Shown here: positions 1 to 10,137 of the stretch, one piece after another
Position numbering within the stretch: the first letter of the stretch is position 1
Layout of the letters: every line of letters begins with the position of its first letter
Source of the DNA: Candidatus Thorarchaeota archaeon
GTDB lineage: Archaea > Asgardarchaeota > Thorarchaeia > Thorarchaeales > Thorarchaeaceae
Reading direction: 5' to 3'
Assembly (NCBI GenBank): GCA_046758445.1
Contig: JBHIAE010000007.1
Coordinates: forward strand, 27,031 to 91,030
DNA: 64,000 nucleotides
The notes under the pieces: generated by a model
Databases searched by the model: none
What the model was told of the DNA's origin: nothing
The model's input: the letters and a program-made list of their open reading frames with translations, nothing else
Position numbers and translations under genes: made by a program

Positions 1-89
1 CAGAACTAGATGCTTCAATCGCCAACCCCCTGAAAGAGTCTGAATGCCTTATGCTAAGTAGATTTCCCTAGGGATTTGCTCCCATGGAC

Positions 90-641
90 TTACGTTGTAG
101 AAGTAGCTGACAAGTCGGCTTTCAGTTCTTCTACTCGCTTGCGGAGAAAATCAATTGCTCTTGTGTTGTCGACATATTCCAGTTGTTCATTACAGTTAGG
201 ACATCGGAATGAGAGATTCATGGCCTCCTCAAACGGAACTGGAGAGGAATCACGGCTAACGCATGCATAGAGGTCATTGTTAGATTCGTGTTCTAGTCTT
301 TGTTCAAGTAGATTCAGGACGAGCCGTTTCTTTCGGTCGACTAGGGCTTGTGCCTTCTTTGGATCTATCTTCCAATAGTACAAGAACCACCCTGTATTAG
401 TATCCCGGATTCTGCGGTAGGAGGCGAGATGATTGTCATGGAGCTTGTATAGAATCCTTCGAACTATGTTGAGTTTCAGATCGGTCTTTGTGGCAATTTC
501 CTCATCCGTGGTTTCCTCTGCATTGACAAGGACTGTCGCGACGTCCACGCCCTCTTTGCCCGTTATCTCTTCGACTACAAGGCGGAACAGGTCGTGATTG
601 ATGTTAGCATGTACCATTTTGAAGTAATCACCTGAACTCAC
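90..641 (-). CDS. tfe: Transcription factor E alpha (TFE)
   Basis: N-terminal wHTH (TDEEIA..TDLKLNIVRRILYKL), GWFLYYW motif, Zn ribbon (FRCPNC); adjacent to mbf1. Confidence 0.95.
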   Translation of the reverse strand: MSSGDYFKMVHANINHDLFRLVVEEITGKEGVDVATVLVNAEETTDEEIATKTDLKLNIVRRILYKLHDNHLASYRRIRDTNTGWFLYYWKIDPKKAQALVDRKKRLVLNLLEQRLEHESNNDLYACVSRDSSPVPFEEAMNLSFRCPNCNEQLEYVDNTRAIDFLRKRVEELKADLSATSTT

Positions 642-758
642 GGAACTTGGCCAATCAACTGCATCGTAATGTAACCAAAAGCCCTGCGTTTGGAAATTTG
701 CACTTACTATACTATTATTACCTAAGAGAGTATATATTCACTTCGCTTGGGTCCTCTT

Positions 759-1331
759 CTACTTGGACTTCTGCGACTTCTTCCGCTTGACCACAACCCG
801 GTCTCCAAGCGTTGGTCCAGCGCTGGATACACCCCGACTTGGTTTGATTGGAGCTGAACCAATTGGCTCCAGTAGTGAGATGCCAAGCTCTCTCTCGAGG
901 CCTCTGATAGTCTTACGTGTCGGCTTTAGTCGACCCGTTTCTATTGCCTGAAGAGTTGAGATGCGTTCACCCACCTTCTGAGCGAGCTCCTCTTGGCTTA
1001 GTTTCATCTTCTGTCTCGTAGTTCGGATCTTCTCGGCGTAGTCTTCAATGAGAATCATTTCATCGAGTCGTGTTCCGCTCGACACACGGGGTCTTGGTTT
1101 GCGGGATGCTTTTGATAGTGCCTGTCGGGAAACACCTGGGACTGGCTTCTTGGGTTCTCCGACCCAGGATGGACGTATTCTAGAATCTGAGAGATCCCTT
1201 CGGCCTGGACTGGGTGCGGCTCCTGCAAACCTAGCTGCGCACTGATGGCATACGTTCATTCGAGCGCCCTCGATCTCAACGTTTCTTCCACGACCCTTCA
1301 TGTTCCTGCCACATAGTTCACAGCTGGGCAC
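759..1331 (-). CDS. mbf1: Archaeal multiprotein bridging factor aMBF1
   Basis: N-terminal CELCG..CHQC Zn ribbon, Cro-type HTH (LSQEELAQKVGE), C-terminal TLGD motif; divergent from pan. Confidence 0.93.
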   Translation of the reverse strand: MPSCELCGRNMKGRGRNVEIEGARMNVCHQCAARFAGAAPSPGRRDLSDSRIRPSWVGEPKKPVPGVSRQALSKASRKPRPRVSSGTRLDEMILIEDYAEKIRTTRQKMKLSQEELAQKVGERISTLQAIETGRLKPTRKTIRGLERELGISLLEPIGSAPIKPSRGVSSAGPTLGDRVVVKRKKSQKSK

Positions 1332-1458
1332 AAGTATCCCTCTTCTAGTGATTTTGCATCGGCAATGTTGATAAAAGTTGTCGACTGGTACAGAATTCTG
1401 GGACCCTCAAAGGAATGCTTAAATCGTTAGCATCGGATGGGGTTTCGAGGTGCAGTGA

Positions 1459-2661
1459 TTGCCAGGGACTGCTGACGCAAAGAAGGACAGTGGCGTCGAC
1501 GATTCCACCTACAGCGAGAGCTACACGAGACACTTAGAGCGTCGTCTGCGTGCACTTGAAACAGAAAAGCAGATTCTTCAAGCTGAACGTTCGAGGCTAG
1601 AGAAGGAAACTCAGACTCTAAGAACGGAGCTCGAGAAGCTTAGACAGTCGCCTCTCATCACTGCAACGGTAATCGAAGTACTTGATGACGGACGAGCGGT
1701 TGTGAAGAGCTCGACTGGTCCGAACTTCGTTGTTCATATCTCGTCATCCATCCCTAAGGACAAGTTGCAACCAGGCATGAGAGTTGCTCTCAATCAGCGA
1801 TCCTTTGCTGTGACTCAGGAATTGCCTCCACCAAGGGACCCAATGATTAGAGCGATGGAGATTGAAGAAGCTCCTGAGGTTTCATATGCTGATATCGGCG
1901 GGCTAAAGGAGCAACTTCGAGAAATAAGAGAAACCGTTGAGTTGCCACTGCTTAAACCTGACCTCTTTGAACAGGTTGGCATCGAGCCCCCAAAGGGTGT
2001 CTTGCTGACTGGTTTTCCAGGCACAGGGAAGACTCTGTGTGCTAGAGCTGTCGCGCACGAAACTAACGCGACTTTCATCAGAGTTATTGGTTCTGAGTTG
2101 GTTCAGAAGTTCATTGGTGAAGGAGCAAGACTCGTTAGGGAGATCTTCCTACTGGCAAAGGAAAAGGCGCCTGCCATCGTGTTTGTGGACGAGCTTGATG
2201 CAGTCGGTTCGCATAGATTGGATATTGCCACTTCTGGTGATAGAGAGGTCCAACGTACGTTGATGCAGTTGCTCAGTGAGCTTGACGGTTTTGAAACTCG
2301 TGGTCAAGTAGCTGTCCTTGGTGCTACGAACCGACCAGACATTCTGGATCCAGCGCTATTGCGCGCAGGGCGTTTTGATAGAATAATCGATTTTCCAGTC
2401 CCAGATGACCAGAGTAGGAAGGAGATATTCAAGATTCACACACGTGGAATGAATGTACATTCCGAACTTGATTTTGATAGACTGGTATCTGCCACGCCAA
2501 ATCTGACGGGTGCTGACATCAAGATAATCTGCACCGAAGCCGGTATGTTTGCTATCCGTGAAAGCAGAGTCTGTGTAGTTCAAGAAGACTTCAGCAAGGC
2601 AATAGCAAAGATTCAGAGTCGAGGTAAGGGTGATGGCGCTCCAAGCACTTTGTATTGTTGA
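1459..2661 (+). CDS. pan: Proteasome-activating nucleotidase
   Basis: Coiled coil + OB domain, Walker A GFPGTGKT, pore loop KFIGEG, Walker B FVDELD, SRH ATNRPDILDPALLRAGRFDR, C-terminal HbYX (LYC). Confidence 0.97.
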   Translation: MPGTADAKKDSGVDDSTYSESYTRHLERRLRALETEKQILQAERSRLEKETQTLRTELEKLRQSPLITATVIEVLDDGRAVVKSSTGPNFVVHISSSIPKDKLQPGMRVALNQRSFAVTQELPPPRDPMIRAMEIEEAPEVSYADIGGLKEQLREIRETVELPLLKPDLFEQVGIEPPKGVLLTGFPGTGKTLCARAVAHETNATFIRVIGSELVQKFIGEGARLVREIFLLAKEKAPAIVFVDELDAVGSHRLDIATSGDREVQRTLMQLLSELDGFETRGQVAVLGATNRPDILDPALLRAGRFDRIIDFPVPDDQSRKEIFKIHTRGMNVHSELDFDRLVSATPNLTGADIKIICTEAGMFAIRESRVCVVQEDFSKAIAKIQSRGKGDGAPSTLYC

Positions 2662-2708
2662 CGCGTCGTACCCTGATTGTTGTCAATCACTGCTTTCTGT
2701 GAGTCGTC

Positions 2709-3548
2709 ATGAAGTACAGAGAGTTCCTTAGAACTAGCCTCAAGGACCAAGTCCCGTCAGACATACCTCTCCCTAGCGGATACCATCTCGTAGGACATGT
2801 TGCCCTACTACATGTCGATTCTGGACTGGAACCGCATTTTCGCCTACTGGGAGAAGCCACTCTCAGATATGACAGGAGAATCGAATCGGTTGCAGTGAAG
2901 ACAGGTGCTACGACCGGAGTCATGCGGGTACCAGATTACACTCTGGTAGCCGGTAAGAGTGACACAGTCACAACACACGTTGAGAATGGAGTTAAGTTCA
3001 GACTTGACCCAACACGCGTCACTTTCTCTGGCGGTAATAGAGGAGAGAGAAGTCACATGGCATCCATAGTCCAGCCTGGCGAGTATGTTCTCGATATGTT
3101 TGCCTGTATTGGCCAGTTTGCTCTACCTATGGCGAAGAAAAAGCAAGTGAGGGTCAAGGCGATTGAACTGAATTCGGAGGCATACAAGTTTCTCATCAAT
3201 AACATTCGACTGAATGATCTTGATGACTTGGTTGAAGCCATACATGGTGACTGTCGTGTGGTTCATCCTGTTCACAGTGTGAATAGGGTCATCATGGGAT
3301 ACCTGCATGATACGCAACATTTTCTTCCTCATGCATTGGAAGCGTTGGTAGCCGAAGGAGGCACGGTTCACATGCACATTGCTTTGCCTGACAAGGAGGT
3401 GGACATACTGATGCGTGATGTCGAGGACCTTTGTTCTAGTAAGGGCTTCATCTCAGGCGTTTCTATACGCGGCATCAAATGGTATGCGCCTGGTGTTCGG
3501 CATTTTGTCCTTGACATCAAGGTCGTTCAATCTTTAGACGACGATTGA
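2709..3548 (+). CDS. taw2: Trm5/Tyw2-family SAM-dependent tRNA modification enzyme (Taw2-like)
   Basis: ENGVKF.LD, FS.GN..ER, DMFACIGQF SAM motif, RVIMGY, C-terminal HFVLD. Confidence 0.8.
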   Translation: MKYREFLRTSLKDQVPSDIPLPSGYHLVGHVALLHVDSGLEPHFRLLGEATLRYDRRIESVAVKTGATTGVMRVPDYTLVAGKSDTVTTHVENGVKFRLDPTRVTFSGGNRGERSHMASIVQPGEYVLDMFACIGQFALPMAKKKQVRVKAIELNSEAYKFLINNIRLNDLDDLVEAIHGDCRVVHPVHSVNRVIMGYLHDTQHFLPHALEALVAEGGTVHMHIALPDKEVDILMRDVEDLCSSKGFISGVSIRGIKWYAPGVRHFVLDIKVVQSLDDD

Positions 3549-3621
3549 TGGAGCACAATCATTTTATCCCTGACTTTGAGTATCAGGACCGAAGATCTTG
3601 GAATTGTCTGGGGTATGATGA

Positions 3622-4014
3622 ATGTCACGTAGACGTGGTATGTCGCCAAGAGCCATTGCCAGAATGATGAAACAGATGGGAATAGAGCAGAAGGACGTTA
3701 ATGGTGTAAAAGAGGTAATATTCCGATTCGATGACAAGGAGTGGCTGATCGCAGATCCTCAAGTCGTGATGATCAAACAGGCGGGAAGTGAATCGTTTCA
3801 GGTGTCAGGTAATAAATCGGAAAGAGGACTAACGACTGAAACTGGTGTTTCCCAGAACGTAACGTCTGAACCAGAAAAGGAGATTGAGATTCCGATGGAG
3901 GACGCCGCACTGGTGGCCAGTCAGACTGGTGTTGACATAGAAGCTGCAAGGCAAGCATTGAAGGAAAGCGATGGCGATTTGGCGGCGGCAATATTGAATC
4001 TCAGACGTACGTAA
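3622..4014 (+). CDS. nac: Nascent polypeptide-associated complex protein
   Basis: MMKQMGI NAC domain; C-terminal UBA-like domain (LVASQTGV...ARQAL..SDGDLAAAI). Confidence 0.95.
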   Translation: MSRRRGMSPRAIARMMKQMGIEQKDVNGVKEVIFRFDDKEWLIADPQVVMIKQAGSESFQVSGNKSERGLTTETGVSQNVTSEPEKEIEIPMEDAALVASQTGVDIEAARQALKESDGDLAAAILNLRRT

Positions 4015-4044
4015 TGTAATACAAATAATACCAACAGTTGTCCG

Positions 4045-4677
4045 TTACTGTTCGGACTCCATTCTTTCCTTTAGGAATTTGAGTCTGAAGAAGTCCTCAC
4101 GCTCTCGCTCCTCTAGTGCTTGCTTCACATATCTTGCAGTAGCATCAAGTCGAGGAATTACGACTGTTTCAAGAGCTGACACGCGCCTCTTGGTGCACTC
4201 GACTTCGACTGCCAGCCTCTTGACTGTTGAGTCGATCTCGGCCAGACGTACCACCGCTTTCAATGCTTCTTTGAACTTGGTTGACATGACGTCAAGTTGC
4301 ACGCTAGAGTCTGGTAGGGAGTAAGGAAGTTCTGGCACGCGTTGCTCAACTGATAGGACTGGTACTAGGACTCCCATCATGGACCGTGTAGAGATTCTCA
4401 GGTCAGCCTGAACTCTGCTCGCATTGGCAAACTCCACAACTTCGGAAGGCCCCATAATCATCTTGGTCTTTGTGAGAGCGGAGAAAGCCTCTGAGAGAGC
4501 GGTTTCAACCTTCTCTCGAGTGTCCTTGACCTCAGCAAGGACGTTGAAGAGCTCCATGATTAGTGAGTCGCGTTTCTCCTTAAGTAGGTCGTGACCACGC
4601 TCTGCCAGCCTCATTCTGTTCTTCAATCGAAGAAGCTCCATTCGCGTTGTCTTGGTTCCTGGCAGGATCTTACTCAT
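4045..4677 (-). CDS. atpD: A/V-type ATP synthase subunit D (stand-alone)
   Basis: TRMELL.LK.R..LA.RGHDLLKEKRD and TKRRVSALE.VVIP, LEEREREDFFRLK motifs. Confidence 0.93.
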   Translation of the reverse strand: MSKILPGTKTTRMELLRLKNRMRLAERGHDLLKEKRDSLIMELFNVLAEVKDTREKVETALSEAFSALTKTKMIMGPSEVVEFANASRVQADLRISTRSMMGVLVPVLSVEQRVPELPYSLPDSSVQLDVMSTKFKEALKAVVRLAEIDSTVKRLAVEVECTKRRVSALETVVIPRLDATARYVKQALEEREREDFFRLKFLKERMESEQ

Positions 4678-4761
4678 TGGCAGTCCCTTCAGAGATATGA
4701 ATATGACTTCCTGGACTGAGCCGTGTCACATACTGATGTCCTAAAACTCTTGTGATGGGCA

Positions 4762-5043
4762 TCATGTGAAAGTCACTACAAGTGCACTCATGATTATGGC
4801 AAAGGCGCAGATCAGAAGCCAATCTCGGACGTATCTCTTGACGAGTCTTGGTCGATCATTGATCTGTCCGGTCACGATCAGAGTCATGAATGAAATGAAT
4901 AGAAAGGCAAAAGGAAGAGCGACTGTCGAACTTGTCAGCGGCGCATCGGTGATCAGGATTATTGCAGCTAGTGCACCAAAGACGAGGAAGCTCAGTATCA
5001 TCAATGAGTTCATTACATGCCGGATTCGGTCGACGTCCATCAT
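4762..5043 (-). CDS. Small membrane protein, 3 predicted TM helices
   Basis: Three hydrophobic segments; GGAG RBS-like sequence upstream on the minus strand. Confidence 0.7.
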   Translation of the reverse strand: MMDVDRIRHVMNSLMILSFLVFGALAAIILITDAPLTSSTVALPFAFLFISFMTLIVTGQINDRPRLVKRYVRDWLLICAFAIIMSALVVTFT

Positions 5044-5194
5044 AGATTACTCCTTTCGCATTGACCGGTCCGTTTCCGGACTAGCCTCCTCGCTGCTCCA
5101 TTCTGTTCAAAAAGGTTACGTCTTGTTGGTGGGTTGAAAGTAGACACCGAAAGATTCACCGCACTACTTATTAGCCACTGACTCATCGGAGGAT

Positions 5195-5209
5195 TGTATT
5201 ACAAGAAGT
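5195..5209 (+). repeat. TGTATTACAAG-family site, left arm of a 15-bp inverted repeat bracketing the ATPase-RHH operon
   Basis: TGTATTACAAGAAGT at 5195-5209 is the exact reverse complement of ACTTCTTGTAATACA at 6527-6541; lies 26 bp upstream of the ATPase start. Confidence 0.8.
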
Positions 5210-5235
5210 ACATGTGATACCGTGGGGTACACATC

Positions 5236-6210
5236 ATGACAATAGCGATTCACGAGAGTGCGTTGATTCGCCACTTCAATACTCGCAAGGAAGTCTTGCG
5301 GGCTTGGGAAGAGCGGATTGGTGCTCGGTTCTCTCCCTTTCGTGGTTACAAGATGCCAGACTCACGACTCTACATTGAATGGCCGGAGTTCCTTGATCAC
5401 CTTGTAGATTTGATTCTCACCAATGAGCGGCACATCTTCCTTAGGGGCCCAGTAGGGTCTGGGAAGAGTACACTGATGTTGCTTGCTCTGAGAGACCTGC
5501 CAACCTTAGCTGATCGCAGAGGAAACAAATTCGTGACTGGTTATGTTGGCATGACAGGACTTTATGAGAAACAGATGTCAGCTGCCATTGCCGACTCTTT
5601 GAGGATAAAGTATCGAAGATCATGGGAGTCCAGTCAAATCATAGAGACTGTCGCTCAGGAATCTGTGAGAAGGTATATCGAGGAGAACTGTCGCACTTCA
5701 CTGTTCCTTGAGGATGTCGCAGACAATCAGGAAACGGCATTCCACAAGCTGCGATATCTGGCTGATCTTCCAACTCAAGAGATGAAAGCTGATTATCCGG
5801 ACGTGCTCGATGAACCAATTGTCACGCTGATAATGTCTGGGACTGCAATCTACTGGAATGCAATGCTTTCGTTCCTACCACAGATTGCAGATAGGACTGA
5901 GCCTTTGGATGTCCCACCGTTTGATGATCAAAAGGCAAAGGAGTTTATCGGGAGAAGAATCTACTATGCTCAAGGACGTATAGACAGCTTTGACCCTGGT
6001 AACTATGAGATCTATCCATTCGATAACGCTGCAATTGAGGTTATCAATGAAGCGGCCAAGGGGAATCCACGTGACATTCGGATGTTGGCAAGAGGATGTC
6101 AGCAGGTGGCCGCAGAAGGTTTCAGACGGAACGGAGATCCAGAAGTGGGCAGAGAGATTGCCAAACTAGTATCAGAAGCTTATGCTGAACTGCTTAGAGA
6201 GGTGCGCTAG
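5236..6210 (+). CDS. AAA+ ATPase of ExeA/TniB/ORC-like type, function unknown
   Basis: Walker A GPVGSGKST, Walker B LFLED, sensor-1 LIMSGT, ADR arginine-finger region, GNPR sensor-2 motif. Confidence 0.8.
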   Translation: MTIAIHESALIRHFNTRKEVLRAWEERIGARFSPFRGYKMPDSRLYIEWPEFLDHLVDLILTNERHIFLRGPVGSGKSTLMLLALRDLPTLADRRGNKFVTGYVGMTGLYEKQMSAAIADSLRIKYRRSWESSQIIETVAQESVRRYIEENCRTSLFLEDVADNQETAFHKLRYLADLPTQEMKADYPDVLDEPIVTLIMSGTAIYWNAMLSFLPQIADRTEPLDVPPFDDQKAKEFIGRRIYYAQGRIDSFDPGNYEIYPFDNAAIEVINEAAKGNPRDIRMLARGCQQVAAEGFRRNGDPEVGREIAKLVSEAYAELLREVR

Positions 6211-6212
6211 GT

Positions 6213-6500
6213 TTGAGTGTTCTAAAGAAGTATCGTGATTCCGAAGAAGAGAGAGATGCAAGACCAACAGCTGTGGAAAGAACTACTGTAAATGAAAGAA
6301 GTAGGTCTGTGGTAGCAGTACCTAACAAAGAACGAAAGAGTCCAATTGTATCGTTTTCGTTCACCACAGAGCTTAGATCATGTCTTCAAAACGTGAGAAA
6401 TGAAAGGGCAATTAATCTGAGTATGTGGGTTGAACGGAGATTACGAGAAGCTCTGTCCGAGGAGTTTCCGGACATAGCCAGCAGACATCTAGAAGAGTAG
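6213..6500 (+). CDS. Small predicted ribbon-helix-helix DNA-binding protein with charged, likely disordered N-terminus
   Basis: Alternating beta strand IVSFSF, helix TELRSCLQNVRNER, then NLS.WV...LREAL (RHH pattern); starts 2 bp after the ATPase stop, with GAGGTG RBS. Confidence 0.65.
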   Translation: MSVLKKYRDSEEERDARPTAVERTTVNERSRSVVAVPNKERKSPIVSFSFTTELRSCLQNVRNERAINLSMWVERRLREALSEEFPDIASRHLEE

Positions 6501-6526
6501 TTTCATCAACCGACTCAAACCCACTC

Positions 6527-6541
6527 ACTTCTTGTAATACA
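6527..6541 (-). repeat. TGTATTACAAG-family site, right arm of the 15-bp inverted repeat
   Basis: ACTTCTTGTAATACA, 26 bp downstream of the RHH stop. Confidence 0.8.
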
Positions 6542-6580
6542 CATGAATAGAGAAGACAAGCTTTTGTTGCACATTTCCTA

Positions 6581-7975
6581 CTACTTGTGCATCTCTGCGT
6601 ACTCTGCAACACGGGCCATGCACAGTGCTGCCAGAGATGGATCATCATAACATGGAACTCTGTTCATCTCGAGCAGGTCCCTTCCGGGCTTTCCTACATC
6701 TGCGGCCAACCATACTCCAACGACAGGCTTTCCCTCATCAGCAGCTCGGATACCTTCTAGAGTTCCTTCAGCATGCTCTGTCTGTGTCATCCCTGCAAAT
6801 GTTGGGACTGCACAGATGACCAGCAGGATATCAACATTGGGATCCTTCAGTAGCAACTCGGTACTTACACGATACTCTCTCTGGCCCCCACTTGCTACAA
6901 CATCTATGGGATTACTGACTGATGCCATGGGAGGAAGAATCTGATTGAGTAGCTGTCCTGTTTCTTCGTCAAGGATAGGAACGTTTAGTCGAGAATCAAA
7001 GGCGGCATCAGCGGCAAGAACTCCTGCACCGCCTGTATTACTAATAATACCAACATTACGTCCCTTGGGAAGTGGTTGATAGTCAAAGAGTTTGCACACT
7101 TCAAGGAGGCTGTTCAGGGTGGGAGCAGTAACACAGCGAGCTTGCCGTATCATTCCATTGAACACTTTGACTGAACCGGCCAGAGATCCAGTATGGGATA
7201 ACGTGGCACTTGCACCAAGTTCACTTTTGCCGCCCTTTAGTACGACAACTGGTTTCTTGCGGGCGGCTTCATGAAGTGACTCGAAGAAGGTCCTGCCCTG
7301 ATCAACACCTTCAACGTACATGGCAATTACAGTCGTGCCGGAATCTTCGCCCAAGTAGTCAATGATTTCAGAGAACTGTACATCAGCTGCGTTTCCCAGA
7401 CTCGCAAACTTGCTCATCCCAATCCTTTTGGCTCGAGCTTCATAGATGATCATTCCACCTAGCGCACCACTTTGAGAAACGAGGGCAATATTACCTGAAT
7501 CTGGCATCATAGTGAAGGTCCCATTGAAGAGCTTGGTATTGGAGACACCAACGCAATTCGGTCCTATCATTCTGACTCCCGCACTCTTTGCTGCTTTCAC
7601 AAGTTCTCCTTCAAGCTTCGAGCCAGCACCTCCTCTTTCACTGAACCCTCCTGAAACTACAACCGCCGCCTTGGCCCCTGCCCCGGGGACTTCCGCCATC
7701 AGACCTGGACAGTGCTTTGCTGCGACTGCCACTATGACCAAATCGACTGGTCCTGGAAGGTTTCCCAGACTTGAGTAGGCCTTAACTCCAAGTACCTCGC
7801 TTCCACTTCGTGTCACTGGATAAGTTTCAATCTTGGACGCCAAGAGATTCATCAGAATCGTATGGCCCAGCTTTCGATGGTCGGAGGAAGCTCCGACCAG
7901 TGCCACTCGCTTGGGATTGAAGAACAGATCAATCTCGTGGAACTTGTCCACTTGCGAGTCTGTCATAATCCTCAC
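6581..7975 (-). CDS. acdA: Acetate/acyl-CoA ligase (ADP-forming) alpha subunit
   Basis: CoA-binding Rossmann fold (ALVGAS), IGPNCVG, SQSGALG, SLGNAAD, phospho-His motif SHTGSLAG, NPID. Confidence 0.92.
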   Translation of the reverse strand: MRIMTDSQVDKFHEIDLFFNPKRVALVGASSDHRKLGHTILMNLLASKIETYPVTRSGSEVLGVKAYSSLGNLPGPVDLVIVAVAAKHCPGLMAEVPGAGAKAAVVVSGGFSERGGAGSKLEGELVKAAKSAGVRMIGPNCVGVSNTKLFNGTFTMMPDSGNIALVSQSGALGGMIIYEARAKRIGMSKFASLGNAADVQFSEIIDYLGEDSGTTVIAMYVEGVDQGRTFFESLHEAARKKPVVVLKGGKSELGASATLSHTGSLAGSVKVFNGMIRQARCVTAPTLNSLLEVCKLFDYQPLPKGRNVGIISNTGGAGVLAADAAFDSRLNVPILDEETGQLLNQILPPMASVSNPIDVVASGGQREYRVSTELLLKDPNVDILLVICAVPTFAGMTQTEHAEGTLEGIRAADEGKPVVGVWLAADVGKPGRDLLEMNRVPCYDDPSLAALCMARVAEYAEMHK

Positions 7976-8026
7976 GCGGTCTACAGTCGATTTATGTCTG
8001 CCGAGATTCTCCTCGATTCCATCAAT

Positions 8027-9268
8027 CTATTTCGAGATTCTGCCAAGGAAGCGTTTGAGTATGCCTTGACTTCTGCAGCCAGATTCTAGCACTCCTTCAA
8101 TTACAGGCACAGCTTCGGGGCATTTCTTGGAGATGTTCTCTAGGGCATTCAGTACAGGTTGGACTATCCATTTCTTCTTGCCACGGCAGAGAGTTTCAGC
8201 AAGGGTCAGGACCGCAGAATCGTTGTAGAGATTTCCAAGAACATTGATTGCTGGTGTCGCAACACGAGGATCGTCAAGCCTCACAAGCTTTTCGAGTGCA
8301 ATGATTGAGTTGATGCTTCGAACTGCAACGTGGGTCTTCATACACTCAAGCAGAATTCGGTAGTTATCACTGGACGGCGATTCGTGATATTGTGTTGCTG
8401 TATTCTCGAGTAGTACGCTAAGGGTGGATAACGAGTGTCTACTGGCATAGGATGAGAGGGCTTCAAGATTCTGATTGATTATGCCTTTGAGAAGATTTGC
8501 GTACAATGAGTTTGATGGAACAACCAGGTCTTTTGGATCGACATCTTCTTCTCTCTGGATTTGAATCTCACCGCTAACTGCTCGTGATACTTGTATTACC
8601 GATAATACTACTTCAAATTGGTCTACAGGCAATTGCGTTCCTTTGACTCCCAACTCCGAAAGTGCCCGTCGCCCATACTCTGTATACCACAGAGGTGTAA
8701 CATCAATGGTACTTCCACTTTGAATGAGTGTAAGATCGACGATCTGTCTGAGCCTAGTAGATTCAAGGGCAGCTTCTAGCTTTTCGAATGTTTGAACGTT
8801 CAGTATCGGAAGATCAAAGAATAGAGTATCGCCATCTTCTGTTTGTTCCAAACTCAATTGTCGAACGTGCGTGACAAAGGAGTGTGTGGCCTCAGCTAAT
8901 GATTCTTCGTCTTCCAGCCTCTTGAGAAGATTGATTGTATCGAAATCTACAGGCTCCAGCCCCGAAGCTGAAAGAAGCTGAAACACCATCTCTCGATACT
9001 TGATTGGCTCAATCCTTGTGCGTACCTTTCCGAAACTTGCTGGTGTGACATAATCGGCCTCTGCCGCCATAATCAGATATCGGACTGCGGCACTCCACCC
9101 TTCGTCGCGCTCTGTTTCAGCAATGACATCGAGCAGGTCTCTACCTCTTCGTTCTCCGATGGCATCAGCAAAATGATTGACTCGTTGCTCTCTCTCGGAT
9201 TCTACTGCCTTGTCCTTGAGAGCTCTCATGAACCACTTCTTGTCGTCCTCATTGGTCAAGATAGCCAC
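8027..9268 (-). CDS. Hypothetical protein with C-terminal HEAT/armadillo-like helices
   Basis: 413-aa ORF; C-terminal LVRLDDPRVATPAINVLGNL..AV.TL resembles HEAT repeats. Confidence 0.6.
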   Translation of the reverse strand: MAILTNEDDKKWFMRALKDKAVESEREQRVNHFADAIGERRGRDLLDVIAETERDEGWSAAVRYLIMAAEADYVTPASFGKVRTRIEPIKYREMVFQLLSASGLEPVDFDTINLLKRLEDEESLAEATHSFVTHVRQLSLEQTEDGDTLFFDLPILNVQTFEKLEAALESTRLRQIVDLTLIQSGSTIDVTPLWYTEYGRRALSELGVKGTQLPVDQFEVVLSVIQVSRAVSGEIQIQREEDVDPKDLVVPSNSLYANLLKGIINQNLEALSSYASRHSLSTLSVLLENTATQYHESPSSDNYRILLECMKTHVAVRSINSIIALEKLVRLDDPRVATPAINVLGNLYNDSAVLTLAETLCRGKKKWIVQPVLNALENISKKCPEAVPVIEGVLESGCRSQGILKRFLGRISK

Positions 9269-9348
9269 CGAGTCAACACGGATAGTCCGTCAATGCCTAA
9301 TGAAAAGGTTGGCGTATTACTTCTATTACAAGGTTCTGACTCTGGTCC

Positions 9349-9915
9349 CTATGTGGTTTCTACCTTGCGCCTCGAAAGTTCTGACTTAAGAGCTGCTGAC
9401 GCATTGAGCTCTTCTAGTGCAGAAAGTATTGTTTCCTCAACCAGACGATAGCTCTCAATTTCTTCCTTTGACAGTGTGGCCTTGCCTGACAGTACGTCAC
9501 GGACTCTCCGGTAGTCACCGATTCTAGTGGCGACCTCTTCGAAAGGCCGGAACAGTGTGAGATCAAACATGCCAAGGTATGCCAGAAGGAGCATTGTGTA
9601 GAAACATCGGGTAACATTCCTTCGCGCTTGTTTCAGCGTCCTATTGAAAGCACCACGGGTAACACCGGTTGCCTTTCTTCCAGACTTTGACCTGTAGGAG
9701 GCCTTGTCATCATATGGGATGTGGCTGCCATACTCATCTTCCACGACTAGATCAATCAGCAGCGTTTCCAGTTGGATTTCAGTTAGTACTGACTGATCAA
9801 GTAGTGCCTTCAGTATTGGCTCTCTTAACACTCGACGGGCTGCAGTGGCAAGTTGTCTGATTGACACTCCCTCTCTTTTCGAGTCGGATTTCTTGGGACT
9901 CATGTTCTCATTCAC
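9349..9915 (-). CDS. Conserved-type archaeal hypothetical protein, probable HTH DNA-binding
   Basis: LTEIQLETLLID...KA..R...GVTRGAFNRTLKQAR resembles a sigma-region-4-like HTH. Confidence 0.6.
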   Translation of the reverse strand: MNENMSPKKSDSKREGVSIRQLATAARRVLREPILKALLDQSVLTEIQLETLLIDLVVEDEYGSHIPYDDKASYRSKSGRKATGVTRGAFNRTLKQARRNVTRCFYTMLLLAYLGMFDLTLFRPFEEVATRIGDYRRVRDVLSGKATLSKEEIESYRLVEETILSALEELNASAALKSELSRRKVETT

Positions 9916-10137
9916 CGAGTGACTTCTGTATCACGCCTTGGCTGAACGGCGCCATTCAATAATGGCTTCATAACCCTGTGAAGCGCGTTTAGAGGATTAT
10001 GAGTGCTGTTTTCTTTTCGTGGTTGTTGGGCCACTGTGCGGATACAAATCTGTATACAAATGATTGTGTTGACCGGTTTAAATGCTCGCCGGTAGCTACT
10101 AGGGGAATACCTTTGGAAACTGAAACAGAACAGTGGA

